Positions 37,815-48,981 of a DNA stretch of 64,000 nucleotides are shown in pieces. The notes under the pieces were generated by a model that saw only the letters and a list, made by a program, of their open reading frames with translations, was not told the DNA's origin and did not search any database. The DNA comes from a virus. Taxonomy: Duplodnaviria > Caudoviricetes. Location of the stretch: the IMG/VR virus record IMGVR_UViG_3300037067_004891, positions 192,001 through 256,000 of that record; one strand, 5' to 3'. The translations under genes and the position numbers were made by a program. Position 1 is the stretch's first letter. Every line of letters starts with the position of its first letter.

Positions 37815-38441
37815 ATGAATGATAGTGATTCAATAAACCAAGAAAAAAATAGAATCAGAGATAGTATAGAGATATTAGAACAGGAAATAACTGAAATAAA
37901 CATCGATCCAGATAATTTCTTTCCTGATGAAGTTCCAGGGCTTAATCTGAACATCACCCAATTTGATTATAAAGGTGAAATAGATAAAATACGAGAGGAA
38001 TGTCAAGAAACACTAAATTGTTTATCGAGCCTCTATCTCACCGATGAAATAGTAAGTAGGAAAAATGTCAACAATATAATTCAAAACGATGCACTGTCAT
38101 TGTGTGATTTAAAATTTTCAATGGCGATGTCCAAAAGAGCTTTAATTAATTTAATGGAACAAATTGATAGTGGTGTTAACCATCCTGAAATGTATGAAGC
38201 AGTTGGAACTTTTCAAAAAGAAATCCGTGATAGTATTAAAATGTTATATGATATACAAAAACGAATGAAAGAATTCTACAAAGAATTAAAAGATGAATTA
38301 TTAAATATCAATACTGGTGAAGAAACAGCTCCTGATATAGAACAACATGATAAAGTGAAAATCTTTGACCTTAGACTTATAAATAAAGAACTTGATGATT
38401 ATAAAGACTCGGCAAATGATAAGAAAAGAAAAAATAGTTAA
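37815..38441 (+). CDS. hypothetical helical protein (possibly terminase small subunit-like)
   Basis: HPEMYEAVGTFQ resembles the HPRxxEV motif of T4-like small terminases; weak. Confidence 0.4.
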   Translation: MNDSDSINQEKNRIRDSIEILEQEITEINIDPDNFFPDEVPGLNLNITQFDYKGEIDKIREECQETLNCLSSLYLTDEIVSRKNVNNIIQNDALSLCDLKFSMAMSKRALINLMEQIDSGVNHPEMYEAVGTFQKEIRDSIKMLYDIQKRMKEFYKELKDELLNINTGEETAPDIEQHDKVKIFDLRLINKELDDYKDSANDKKRKNS

Positions 38442-38618
38442 GTTTTTGTAAGAAAATATTTATTTTCAGAAAAAGACATTTTCCAATTAGATGGTAATAA
38501 CGTTTGTAAAGTTTTAATCTTTGTATATTTTTTTCTTTATCTCCAGTGAAACTAAATACAAATACTTTAAAAATATCATCAATTGTAATATTGACTTTCG
38601 AAAGTCAATATTTTCATG

Positions 38619-39227
38619 TTATTTAGATAATAATTTTATTAAATCATTTTTAATAATAGCTTTCAAAATAGGTGTTAAATTGGACACCACGACATATTCA
38701 TTAGTACCATCAACTGATAAATCTTCATTTAAATGCTTTTTAATAGAATCTAATGATTTATAATGTGTGATAACACCTTCTACTAATTCTTTTAAATTGA
38801 ATCCTTCTTTTGGATTATATTTAACAACTTGTAGTGTACTTTCGTTTCTATCCATTAAGAAATACCACAACTTCTTATTATCAATTTTAGCAGTTTCTAA
38901 AAAAAGAAAGGCATCTTGGGCTTTTATAACCTTTTCGAAAACAGCTATTTTATTTACGAATTTAATATTATTGAATAAATTTTCCAAATTGATGTTTGTA
39001 TTTTCTTTTTTTAAAGTCGGTTTAACTATTGTTGGTTTTTTTATTTCTGGTTTATCAATAGTAGCCCTATTAATACCAAAAGCATCATTTCTTTTTACCC
39101 TTGGTTCACTTACCTTTTTAACTTCTGCTTTAGGTTCACTAACTTTAGGTTCTTTTACAACAGGTTCTTTTAAAGAATGACTTTCTGTTGTCTTTTTAAA
39201 ATCGTTGAAACTTTTAATTATAGCCAA
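38619..39227 (-). CDS. hypothetical, putative internal head protein
   Basis: TTG start; IKSFNDF motif; Pro/Lys-rich linker. Confidence 0.6.
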   Translation of the reverse strand: MAIIKSFNDFKKTTESHSLKEPVVKEPKVSEPKAEVKKVSEPRVKRNDAFGINRATIDKPEIKKPTIVKPTLKKENTNINLENLFNNIKFVNKIAVFEKVIKAQDAFLFLETAKIDNKKLWYFLMDRNESTLQVVKYNPKEGFNLKELVEGVITHYKSLDSIKKHLNEDLSVDGTNEYVVVSNLTPILKAIIKNDLIKLLSK

Positions 39228-39276
39228 AATATCAATTTTATTTTTTAGTATATATTTATATTTAAAAGTCGTTTTT

Positions 39277-39323
39277 AATACAAAAAATCAACGAAACGTT
39301 CAATTTCGTTGATTTTTTGTATT
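39277..39323. terminator. intrinsic terminator
   Basis: 20-bp inverted repeat AATACAAAAAATCAACGAAA/TTTCGTTGATTTTTTGTATT. Confidence 0.65.
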
Positions 39324-39399
39324 TTTAATGGTTTTTTATTAAAATCTACTAATAAAATACCGCTAAACTAAATATTTAGCTGTTTTCTTGTAAGTTTTC

Positions 39400-39882
39400 T
39401 TAAATTTCTTGCGTACCTGTTTCTTGTGCTGGTATTTCTTGAACAGTTTGTTGTGTTTGCGATGTTGGTTGCGATGTTGGTTGCGATGTTGGTTGCGATG
39501 GTGTTTGGGTCTGAGCTTGTGGCTGTGTTTGAGGCTGTGACTGTGTTTGAGTTGGCTGTGTTTGACTACCTTGTATATCATCAGTAACTTCAACATTGCC
39601 AGATTCATCACCAAGAACTATACTACTTGGAAGATTATCTATAATCATATTATTTTCAACGCAATATTTTAATATTCTGTATGCAACATCAGAATCGCTC
39701 ATCATTTCACGAAGATTTCTTTGAGTTTCATCTTTTACTTTTTTGATATAAGCATTTACTAATGATACAGGAATTTCAATATCACTAAGTACATAAGCAT
39801 TACCAATTTTTATAACACCTTCGTTCAATTTTGAACCGTGTTTCTTATCTTTAAAGTCATTAAATCCTGTTAAGTTTTCCAT
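39400..39882 (-). CDS. hypothetical protein with Q/P/T-rich tail
   Basis: 160-aa ORF; FNDF...LNE motif. Confidence 0.7.
   Translation of the reverse strand: MENLTGFNDFKDKKHGSKLNEGVIKIGNAYVLSDIEIPVSLVNAYIKKVKDETQRNLREMMSDSDVAYRILKYCVENNMIIDNLPSSIVLGDESGNVEVTDDIQGSQTQPTQTQSQPQTQPQAQTQTPSQPTSQPTSQPTSQTQQTVQEIPAQETGTQEI
39457..39500. repeat. 12-bp tandem repeat TTGCGATGTTGG x~3.7 (encodes SQPT)
   Basis: Read directly. Confidence 0.85.
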
Positions 39883-39917
39883 AATTTGTTTTTATATTTT
39901 TTATTTATATATTAATT

Positions 39918-40739
39918 TTAAATAATCATTTTTTTAAACATTTTTATATTATAAGTATTATTTACATCATATTCACACTTTGAAATTCTAAACCATGTGA
40001 AGTTTTTATATTTTTCGATTTTGCCTCTTGCACATAATTTAATATTACTAATACTAAATCCATCTTTCGTAGCATCATTTATAGACGTATATATTTTTTG
40101 TAAATTTTCATCTTTAAACATAAAATAGACAAATAATCTATTACTTTTATATTCTTTCGTAATATAATCATAGCTCCCGTTTCTCATAGATGCCATTACT
40201 ACATTTGGATATTTTTTTCTAAAGTCCATTTTATCTTTACATTTCAAAGCATATTTTTCACATTCATCAGATGTCCATTTAATTTTATTTCCACCTAATC
40301 CACCCGTTTTCGCTTTATTCAACACAACAAAAAATTTGGATAAAAAATTCACATATTCAAATTCTTCAATTGTAGCATCATCAACTGGTATATAATCAGT
40401 TAATTTTAAAAATTTTGGTATTAAACTTGTTTCTATCATATGAGTTTTAACCGCAGAATATTTTATATTATTTAGATGGTCATTAATTCTTTTTTCATAA
40501 TTATATGTCAAACCAACATAAACATGATTATCTGGAAATATTGCACAATATATCATTCTCTTTTTTAAATTTCCAACAGGTTTCATATGAGAACATATTT
40601 CATCTATCCATTCATTAGAACGAGATTTATTATATGCACCACTAAATCTGTTACTAAATTCTAATCTACTATTACATTTTAATGCAGCTTCTCGGCAATT
40701 TCCCTTATTATTCCAATAACCATATGGAAAATATCTCAT
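39918..40739 (-). CDS. GIY-YIG-like homing endonuclease
   Basis: IYCAIFPDNHVYVGLTYNYEKR...H; LNKAKTGGLGG; NUMOD1-like tail. Confidence 0.75.
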   Translation of the reverse strand: MRYFPYGYWNNKGNCREAALKCNSRLEFSNRFSGAYNKSRSNEWIDEICSHMKPVGNLKKRMIYCAIFPDNHVYVGLTYNYEKRINDHLNNIKYSAVKTHMIETSLIPKFLKLTDYIPVDDATIEEFEYVNFLSKFFVVLNKAKTGGLGGNKIKWTSDECEKYALKCKDKMDFRKKYPNVVMASMRNGSYDYITKEYKSNRLFVYFMFKDENLQKIYTSINDATKDGFSISNIKLCARGKIEKYKNFTWFRISKCEYDVNNTYNIKMFKKMII

Positions 40740-40798
40740 AATTATTTACAATTTAATTTTAGATTATATATTAATTATTGAGTGTTTTCTATTTAAAA

Positions 40799-41434
40799 TT
40801 ATTTTTCTTTCAAAACATCATGTTTAACAATATATTTTAACTTATGAATATATTTTTCATCTTTTGCATATCCAATTCTTCTCAAAAATTTATAATAATC
40901 CTCATCATATTTATAATATCTATCTTGCCAGATTTTATAATCTTCAATACTTTCAATATAATTATTATAAATTGCATGACTTTTATAAATTCCAATACAT
41001 TTTCTACCATTTTTATTATTAGGAAGCTTCATTCCGAATAAATTATGATTATATCGGCTCACTTCTGATGTCAAATAATTTGTTTCTAATAAAATCTGCC
41101 CTTTAACTATTTCTGAATGTTTTATTTGGTAATAATCTGCCCAATAACAAACATTGTCCCAGTTAAATTTATATAAATTTTTATTAAATTCTAATTGATT
41201 ATATAAATATGTTGTTAAAGAATCTTGTAAATGTTTAAGGTAAGTAATTGAATCTGATGATGTTTTTATTTGATTTTGATAATTTTGAAGAACTTGAATA
41301 TTTTGATTAATTATATTTTTATTTTTATTTGTTTCTGTTTTTATATCAAAATACATATAACATATTAATATAGTCAAGGATAACAAGATGATTATTATAA
41401 AATAATAGGGATAAAATTTTTTTTCTACTTTCAT
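40799..41434 (-). CDS. glucosaminidase (GH73-like) peptidoglycan hydrolase with N-terminal TM segment
   Basis: QILLET...NLFGMK...Y...ESIEDY...GYAKD..YI.KL. Confidence 0.75.
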   Translation of the reverse strand: MKVEKKFYPYYFIIIILLSLTILICYMYFDIKTETNKNKNIINQNIQVLQNYQNQIKTSSDSITYLKHLQDSLTTYLYNQLEFNKNLYKFNWDNVCYWADYYQIKHSEIVKGQILLETNYLTSEVSRYNHNLFGMKLPNNKNGRKCIGIYKSHAIYNNYIESIEDYKIWQDRYYKYDEDYYKFLRRIGYAKDEKYIHKLKYIVKHDVLKEK

Positions 41435-41472
41435 GCTTTATTTTTAAGCATATATATTAAGTGGAATTTTTT

Positions 41473-43023
41473 TTATTTCATATGAAAACATATTTCATCT
41501 AACCATCCATTTCTAAGAGAAGAACGATATGCACCCGATGAATTATTTTTAAAATTAGTTTTATTTTTGTATTTTAAAGCTTCTTCTACACATTTATCTA
41601 AAATCCAATAATTAATTGGTTTGTGTAGTTCTACCATATGAGAACATACAACATCCAACCATTTATTTCTTAATGCAGAATTATAAGCACCCGATGAATG
41701 TTTTTTAAAATCACCCTTATATTTATATTTTAAAGCTTCTTTTAAACATATAGATTTAGTATTCCATGCACCATTTTGTTTTTTATGTTTTTTCATATGA
41801 CTACATAATTCGTCAGACCATAAATTTCGATAAATACTGTTATATGCAGAGCCAGATTTAGTTCTAAAATCTTTTATATTATCATATTTTAGAGCTTCTC
41901 TATAACAATTATTTTTATTATTCCAAAAATTCTTTCTTTTTTGACATATTTTCATATGAGAACATACAACATCCAACCATTTATTTCTTAATGCAGAATT
42001 ATAAGCACTTGATGAATATTTTCTAAAATTTGTACGACAATTATATTTTTTAGCTTCTTCTTTACATTTTTCAAAATTCCAGTAACTAACTGGTTTATAT
42101 ATTTCTGTCATATGAGTACATATTTCAGTTAACCACCCATTTTTATAAGCACTTGAATAATATTTTTTAGAATGTTTTATAAATTCATATTTAGAATTAT
42201 ATTTTAAAGCCTCAATTAAACATTTTTCTTTTGTATTTATTATATTTCTACCGCCCAAACTTCCAGTTTTAATTTTATTTAAGACACACCAACCTTCTTT
42301 TTTATATTTAGATACAAAATAATTCTCTAAAATTTGAGCTTTTGATTTATCGACATATCCATCGGTTAATATTTTTAAGGTGGGTTTCAAGCCAGTATTA
42401 TTAATATAGAGAGAAACAGAACTTTTTTTATTATTAATATTTAAATGTGATTTGTTTCTTTCACTTAATTTATATGTCAATCCAACATAAACATGATTAT
42501 CTAAAAATTCATAAGAATAAACTATTCTATGAAATCTATCACCTACAATTTCCATATGAGAACATATTTCATCAATCCAATCGTTTCTAAGTGATGCTTT
42601 ATAAGCACTTCTTGAACCTTTTTGAAAATCTGATTTAGTATTATATTTTAAAGACTCTTTATGACATAAATTTTTATCATTCCAATACCCTGTTGGTTTT
42701 TGCAACTCTATCATATGTGAACAAAGTTCTTCTATCCACTTTTTCTCTAATAATTTAAAATAAACTGTTATATTATTTTCTTTTAGTTCTTTTTTAGTGT
42801 TATATTTTAAAGTAACTTCATGACAATTATTTTTATCATTCCAAAAATTTTTTGTTTTTTTAATTTCTTTCATGTGAGAACATATTTCATCCAACCATTT
42901 ATTTCTAATAGCTGATTTATAAGCACTTCTAAAAAATTTTTGAAATTCTATTTTGTTTTTACAAAGAATTGCAACTTTTAAACATATATCTTTATTATTC
43001 CAATATCCATTTGGATGTCTCAT
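41473..43023 (-). CDS. GIY-YIG-like homing endonuclease with ~50-aa repeats
   Basis: VYSYEFLDNHVYVGLT; many C..EALKY...F...SSAY..A.RN.WLD..CSHM units. Confidence 0.75.
   Translation of the reverse strand: MRHPNGYWNNKDICLKVAILCKNKIEFQKFFRSAYKSAIRNKWLDEICSHMKEIKKTKNFWNDKNNCHEVTLKYNTKKELKENNITVYFKLLEKKWIEELCSHMIELQKPTGYWNDKNLCHKESLKYNTKSDFQKGSRSAYKASLRNDWIDEICSHMEIVGDRFHRIVYSYEFLDNHVYVGLTYKLSERNKSHLNINNKKSSVSLYINNTGLKPTLKILTDGYVDKSKAQILENYFVSKYKKEGWCVLNKIKTGSLGGRNIINTKEKCLIEALKYNSKYEFIKHSKKYYSSAYKNGWLTEICTHMTEIYKPVSYWNFEKCKEEAKKYNCRTNFRKYSSSAYNSALRNKWLDVVCSHMKICQKRKNFWNNKNNCYREALKYDNIKDFRTKSGSAYNSIYRNLWSDELCSHMKKHKKQNGAWNTKSICLKEALKYKYKGDFKKHSSGAYNSALRNKWLDVVCSHMVELHKPINYWILDKCVEEALKYKNKTNFKNNSSGAYRSSLRNGWLDEICFHMK
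41635..42008. repeat. 56-bp exact direct repeat (41635-41690 and 41953-42008) inside the repeat endonuclease
   Basis: CATATGAGAACATACAACATCCAACC...TTATAAGCAC occurs twice. Confidence 0.8.
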
Positions 43024-43038
43024 TTCATATTTTATTTT

Positions 43039-43869
43039 TTAAAATCCAAATAATGTATATTGTCCACCTATACCAATATAAACAGAAGGTTTTATATTAC
43101 CATTATAATAAACAGCTCCAACACCAAGTTGTGGCCCGAATGTCCACTTATGCTGTGGTATTAATTTCTTTATAATGTCAGATTTTTGTGGGTCAATCAA
43201 CGAACCTTCTATATTTGTAAATTTTAAATCTGGGTAGTTTGATTTTACAAATATCCTTAATAGTCTATCTTCTTCTTTTAATCCAGTGACAATATTAAAA
43301 GTTAAACCAAAATCAGATAATTCTGAACCCTTTGATATAATACTATTAGTAACAGTATCCAGCACAAAAGATGTTTTACCTTTAATTATTCTAAAATTAT
43401 TTGTATCATATGTTTTTGAAAAATCCCAATATAATGAAGAAACATTTTCTCCATTAATTATCATACTTGTCAAAGAGTCTCTCAATGTCTTATTTTCTTT
43501 TTTTAAATTTGTATTATCAGTTTTCAATTGTGCCAACATATTAGAAATATAAATAACAGTTCCTTTTTGCTTTTCTAATTCATCAGCAAGTTGTTTACTA
43601 AAATCTTCTAATGTTTTTTTAGATGTAATCAGAATTATTTTTTCTTGTTGTAGTTCACCATTTTTATTTTTAACGGTTATTACAGTATCTTGTAATGCCA
43701 CTATATTATTTTGACTTATAAAAGCATCTTTACGTAGATTTTTATTTGATCCACATTGTAATAAAAGTAAAACGAAAAGAAATATAATAACTATAAAGTA
43801 TATTATTTTTTCGTTTTTAGGATTTTTCAAAAAAATCCAATTTTTTTTAAAAATTTCTAAAACTTTCAT
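43039..43869 (-). CDS. membrane-anchored coiled-coil protein (lysis/spanin-like)
   Basis: TM segment ending LLLQCG, coiled coil, C-terminal beta strands GPQLGVG...YIGIGGQY. Confidence 0.5.
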   Translation of the reverse strand: MKVLEIFKKNWIFLKNPKNEKIIYFIVIIFLFVLLLLQCGSNKNLRKDAFISQNNIVALQDTVITVKNKNGELQQEKIILITSKKTLEDFSKQLADELEKQKGTVIYISNMLAQLKTDNTNLKKENKTLRDSLTSMIINGENVSSLYWDFSKTYDTNNFRIIKGKTSFVLDTVTNSIISKGSELSDFGLTFNIVTGLKEEDRLLRIFVKSNYPDLKFTNIEGSLIDPQKSDIIKKLIPQHKWTFGPQLGVGAVYYNGNIKPSVYIGIGGQYTLFGF

Positions 43870-43886
43870 ATTCAGTCATTTGTTTT

Positions 43887-45632
43887 TTATTTTATTCTCA
43901 TTTTCATTGTTAATGATTTATTCAGTCTTCTAATAAAATGTTGTTTTTGGTATGGTTCGAATGCCTTATTTAAAATAGTAGGAGAACCTGTTCCACTGAA
44001 AGAACCCAAATAAAATACACCATTGAGCCAAGTACCACTACTGAATGAACCATTATACCAAACACCATTATGCCAAGTGCCACCATTAAATATACCACTA
44101 TTAAATGATCCAGTCTCCCAAACACTTTCAAAATCACCGCCTGTAAATACACCATTGAGCCAATTACCACCATAAAAATATGAATTAGTCATAATACCAT
44201 TATACCATGTTCCATTATACCAAAAAGATTGGTCTACTTCACCAAAATAAAAAATTCCATTGTTCCACGTACTATTTTTTATTGTTCCATTGTTGAATAC
44301 CCCATTATTCCAAATAGATGAATTTTCAAATGAACCACCATACCAATTTCCATTCATCCAAGTTGAATTATCAAATATACCATTGTACCAATTTCCGTTT
44401 ATCCAATTACTCATAGTGAATTTACCACCATTGAAAACACCATTATACCAAGTAGCACCACTCCCAAATATACCACCATTGAAAACACCTGTTGTCCAAT
44501 TACCATAAAATGTTCCATTATTAAAAACGCCTGTTGTCCAATTCATACCATTTGAAAATACACCATTATTAAACACACCACCACTCCACAAATTGGAACT
44601 AAATATACCTTTATTAAAAACACCAGTCATCCAAACACCCAAAAACAAATTACCATTAAAAATTCCGTCAATCCATAAACAAGAAGATATGAATGTATCA
44701 CCATTAAAAGTACCTGTATGCCAAGTCATATTTGTTGGTGTATTACTTGATTCCCACACTCCATTATACCAATCAATTGGATTAAAACAATATGTAGAAA
44801 TATTTTCTGGATCGAATACACCATAATACCAAAGTGTTGATATACTATTTATTTTTGTTTTTTTATAATAACCATTAAATATTTTAAAATTATTGACAAA
44901 TTCACACATTTCATAATATCCATTATTAATTATTGGATAGTTTGTGGGAGTACTAATTAAAAATCCAGTTAAAATTGTATTGTAAAAATAACCATTATCG
45001 ATATTTGATAATCCTATATTTATAGGTGTTGTTTTACCCAAAAACACACTATATCCATATGTACCATTATTATATGTATAAAAAGATGATATATCACCAT
45101 TATTAACAACAGTATTTAACGATAATGTTTTATTTGTGTATTTATCAGTTATATTTAAATTGGTTATGATTCCACCCAATACAATACCTTGTATCCATTT
45201 AATATTATTTAATGTATTTGTAATATTAGTATTTTTTAATACAACCCCATTTATTTCACCACCCGTAATAATACTTTCCAGCATAATAGTTTTGGAAATG
45301 AAAAAATTTTCATTGGTTATATTAGAAGTATCAAACAATGTGGAATATAATCTATTTATAACTATGGAATTATTATCAGAATCGACTTCTTTAACCAGAT
45401 ATCCTTGTAGATATTGCTCACATACGATATTTCCATTTCCATTACCACTATTTGCTGTATAATATAAATAATTATCCAGATCGAAATTCGCATCATTTTC
45501 ATCATATGAACAGATATAAATTTTATCTCCAACGACAAAATTACTATTAACATTAGTATACAATTTAATGTAACTATCCTTGTTATCGAATTTTGGTAAT
45601 ACTTTAACAGCATTTGATATATTAGAAATCAT
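43887..45632 (-). CDS. (W/F)xxGx pentapeptide-repeat protein
   Basis: About 270 aa of WYNGVFNGG-type repeats. Confidence 0.75.
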   Translation of the reverse strand: MISNISNAVKVLPKFDNKDSYIKLYTNVNSNFVVGDKIYICSYDENDANFDLDNYLYYTANSGNGNGNIVCEQYLQGYLVKEVDSDNNSIVINRLYSTLFDTSNITNENFFISKTIMLESIITGGEINGVVLKNTNITNTLNNIKWIQGIVLGGIITNLNITDKYTNKTLSLNTVVNNGDISSFYTYNNGTYGYSVFLGKTTPINIGLSNIDNGYFYNTILTGFLISTPTNYPIINNGYYEMCEFVNNFKIFNGYYKKTKINSISTLWYYGVFDPENISTYCFNPIDWYNGVWESSNTPTNMTWHTGTFNGDTFISSCLWIDGIFNGNLFLGVWMTGVFNKGIFSSNLWSGGVFNNGVFSNGMNWTTGVFNNGTFYGNWTTGVFNGGIFGSGATWYNGVFNGGKFTMSNWINGNWYNGIFDNSTWMNGNWYGGSFENSSIWNNGVFNNGTIKNSTWNNGIFYFGEVDQSFWYNGTWYNGIMTNSYFYGGNWLNGVFTGGDFESVWETGSFNSGIFNGGTWHNGVWYNGSFSSGTWLNGVFYLGSFSGTGSPTILNKAFEPYQKQHFIRRLNKSLTMKMRIK

Positions 45633-45810
45633 ATAAAAACAATTGTATTTATTTTTACTATATATTAAAAATATTTTTTGGACTTTATTTTTTTAATATA
45701 TAATATAAAATTTTTAAAACTTTTTTATTGAAGCATTATATAAATATTAATTAATAAAGCAAACAAATGCATTTAAGGCAACTTAAAACATTAAAAAAAA
45801 AATAGCAAAC

Positions 45811-46788
45811 ATGAGCGAAAAGAAAGCAAATTTGTTCGAAATGTCAGATGATGACAGCACAATGGATTTCTTAGAAGAAAAGAAAAGAAATGCAGATGGT
45901 ATTTATCGACCATCTCTTACAGATGCAGTAGACAAAAAAGAAGGGTATAAAGCAACAATTCGTTTTTTACCTAATTACAAAAAAAATGGAGAGCTTGGTG
46001 CATCAGCAATCACAAAACATTTGCATTATGCAAAACTTTTAAACAATCCAGACTTAAAAGGATATTACGAATGCAAAAAAAACACACAGACTGATTGTCC
46101 TCTTTGTACAACGTACTGGGAATTATACAATTCTAAAAACGCTGCTGATAAAGAAAAATGTGAATTAATCAAACGTAGTACTAAATTTTACAGTTATATC
46201 TTAGTATTAGAAGATGATAACAACAAAGATTTGGTTGGTAAAATTCTTATTTATCCATTTGGATATAAAATCAGAGAAAAAATTAATGCTCAGAAAAAAG
46301 GTGAACTTGATGGAAGAAAATGTAATATTTTTGATCCAGGTGAAGGTAAAGATTTTCGCCTTATCATAAAGGAAAATAAAACAGCACAAGGAACATTTCC
46401 AAATTATGATGCAAGCAGCTTTCTTGAATCAAGTCCTATTAAAATTAACGGTAAACCATTACCAGTAGAAAAGAATGATGATGGTCATTCTGTTATCACT
46501 AACGAAAAGATTAAAAAAGGTTTACAGGATTTTCTATTAAAAAGAACCGTTGATTTAGACGAGTATAATCCGAAACCTTGGACAGATGAGGAAACAGATA
46601 AAGTTGACAAAATAATTTCACTGATAACAGGTTCTGGTATTTCTGAAGCAAAATCTTCTATTGGTAAAGCATCAAAAGAAACATTTGATACTACATCCGA
46701 AGAAAATTCAAGTGATAATTTTTCTTTCGATAAAGTCGAAGATGATAATAATGATGTTGATGATTTCTTTAATGTTGAAGAAAAATAA
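45811..46788 (+). CDS. single-stranded DNA-binding protein, gp32-like
   Basis: ATIRFLP, CPLC, YILVLED, IFDPGEGKDF, NYDAS.F; acidic tail. Confidence 0.88.
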   Translation: MSEKKANLFEMSDDDSTMDFLEEKKRNADGIYRPSLTDAVDKKEGYKATIRFLPNYKKNGELGASAITKHLHYAKLLNNPDLKGYYECKKNTQTDCPLCTTYWELYNSKNAADKEKCELIKRSTKFYSYILVLEDDNNKDLVGKILIYPFGYKIREKINAQKKGELDGRKCNIFDPGEGKDFRLIIKENKTAQGTFPNYDASSFLESSPIKINGKPLPVEKNDDGHSVITNEKIKKGLQDFLLKRTVDLDEYNPKPWTDEETDKVDKIISLITGSGISEAKSSIGKASKETFDTTSEENSSDNFSFDKVEDDNNDVDDFFNVEEK

Positions 46789-46791
46789 ACA

Positions 46792-47118
46792 TTATATGTT
46801 ATGCGTAATAAAAAGTCCACTAAACAGTGGACTTTTTTTATAACATTGTCTTTTGATAATTCTGATTTTTTTCCTAAACTGTTCTCTAATTAATAAAAAT
46901 ATAATAAAGCAAAATATTAACAAAAATAAAAATAAAAATATAGTAATATACCACATACTATGCAGTATATTATATTTTTTAATCACATCAAACTTTTCGA
47001 AATAATTAGATGCTATTGATAATTCAAAAGATACATAACAAAAGAAACCTTCAATTAGAACAAATAAAGTTGATAATAATATCAATGAATATAAAAAAAT
47101 TTTAGAGGTTTTCATCAT
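46792..47118 (-). CDS. hypothetical membrane protein
   Basis: Two hydrophobic segments. Confidence 0.5.
   Translation of the reverse strand: MMKTSKIFLYSLILLSTLFVLIEGFFCYVSFELSIASNYFEKFDVIKKYNILHSMWYITIFLFLFLLIFCFIIFLLIREQFRKKIRIIKRQCYKKSPLFSGLFITHNI
46810..46839. terminator. intrinsic terminator after SSB
   Basis: AAAAAGTCCACT-AAAC-AGTGGACTTTTTTT. Confidence 0.8.
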
Positions 47119-47334
47119 TAGATTGTTTTAAATTTTTTATGAAAATTATTCATTGCGAACTATTGTTTACAATTGATACCTTGGTTTGTTTTATGTTTAA
47201 TAAAAAAATTCGATGTTATTATTACAGCCTATATAACATTTTAATTTAAGATTAAAAAATTAAATTCTTATACTTTGATAATTTCGCTCCATTAAATTCA
47301 TTAATAAAAAATCCCAACAATTATAAAATGTTTA

Positions 47335-47838
47335 TTATCTATATTCGAACGTCTGTCCATCTCGTTTATAATCGATATAATGATGATTATCTACGAATTT
47401 AATTTCACCTATCATAAAAGTGTCAACTTCAAATTCGTCAGATTTGGGATTAATTAATACAATTCTTGAATATTCATTCAGAACATCAATAAAAACGGTC
47501 TTGCCCATTTTTTCTTCTTGGGTGTATATTTTACCGTTATCTAATGTTTTTACTGTTGAAAATTCATTTTCACAATCAATAATTATCATAGAATGTTCAA
47601 AATGTCCTCTATACGATTCTAATTCATCAGCAGACATTCCAGACCGAATTTGATTTTTTAGGTCTGTTCCGTGATAATACAAGCTAACAATTAAAAATAA
47701 AAATATAAATAATCCAAGAAAACGTTTTCCCAGTGTAAAAACTGTGATTATAATCTGACCCAACAACTCGATTCCACCTTTGATAACACTCAAAAGGATG
47801 AGAACGATAACCGATATTATTATAATTTTTACTATCAT
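47335..47838 (-). CDS. hypothetical membrane protein
   Basis: Two N-terminal TM segments; TATATTTG upstream. Confidence 0.6.
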   Translation of the reverse strand: MIVKIIIISVIVLILLSVIKGGIELLGQIIITVFTLGKRFLGLFIFLFLIVSLYYHGTDLKNQIRSGMSADELESYRGHFEHSMIIIDCENEFSTVKTLDNGKIYTQEEKMGKTVFIDVLNEYSRIVLINPKSDEFEVDTFMIGEIKFVDNHHYIDYKRDGQTFEYR

Positions 47839-47973
47839 ATCTCTATATTTTTAATATTATTATTAAACAAATATACAATCACATGTTGATAAAAAAAAAT
47901 CGTAGAGTATATATTTGTTATTTGAAATTTTTATATATATTGTCAAATAAAAAAAAAATAAAAGATTTTTTAC

Positions 47974-48900
47974 ATGTTGTCAACATATAAACAATTTACA
48001 ATTAAATTATTAGAAAAAAGTTCACTAACAGCACTTGGTGTACCAAAGGAAGTGATGCAGAATATACAAAAAGATTATGCATTACGACCAGATGCTGATT
48101 GGGTAGAATACACATTAAAAAAGAATATTAAAGATGAATTAATCAAAAATAAAAATGTTTTATTTGTTCAAATTGGTGATGATTCAATAAAAATATATTG
48201 TTCTGTGTATGAAAATAAAAGAAAATTTTATTTAATAGATAGATATATAAAATATATAGGTGAATGGGGTGAACACTGGGAAAAAAATAATAGAGAAGGT
48301 ATAACATTAACTCAATTATTAATTGAAATAAATAGTGAACCAAAATATAAAAAATATAAATTAAAAGATGATATTTTTTCTGTTGTAAAAAGTGATATAA
48401 GAAATATCGAAAAATCTGAAAAAGAATTCGAAAATTTTAACATACAATTTAAAAAATATTTGATAAATTATTTTACAAAAGTTCTTAAAAATTCTCACTC
48501 TAAAGCTTCTAAGCGAATAGAAAAGACAATAATTAATAATTTAGCTAAAGTTAAAATTGATTTAACACCAGAAGATATAAAACAGGTGTTGTATCAAAAT
48601 GTCGATCTGGCAACAAAAACAAAAAAACATCAACAAAAAGCGGAAGATATACCCAAATATAAATTGGATAATGAAGAAGTTCAGTTTAATTCTCTAACAA
48701 TTTTCAATGAGTTTTTACTTCAGTTTGAAGAAGAATATTCAGAAAAGTATAATGAATATTATACTGTGAAAAATTTGGTTGAAAAATACTCCAAAGATAA
48801 AATAATATCAGCCTTCATTTATTACCTTTACACTGGTTCATTAATGGATTTGAATAGTTACAAACCAATTGGTGAATTAGATGATTTGTTTAATTTTTAA
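47974..48900 (+). CDS. hypothetical, putative internal head protein
   Basis: MLSTYKQF...LLEK motif; TATATA upstream. Confidence 0.65.
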   Translation: MLSTYKQFTIKLLEKSSLTALGVPKEVMQNIQKDYALRPDADWVEYTLKKNIKDELIKNKNVLFVQIGDDSIKIYCSVYENKRKFYLIDRYIKYIGEWGEHWEKNNREGITLTQLLIEINSEPKYKKYKLKDDIFSVVKSDIRNIEKSEKEFENFNIQFKKYLINYFTKVLKNSHSKASKRIEKTIINNLAKVKIDLTPEDIKQVLYQNVDLATKTKKHQQKAEDIPKYKLDNEEVQFNSLTIFNEFLLQFEEEYSEKYNEYYTVKNLVEKYSKDKIISAFIYYLYTGSLMDLNSYKPIGELDDLFNF

Positions 48901-48981
48901 TATTAATCAAACAATCCATATATTTACAGATATAATAAAAATATATTCAATAATACAATTTTGTAAAAATATTAATAACAA

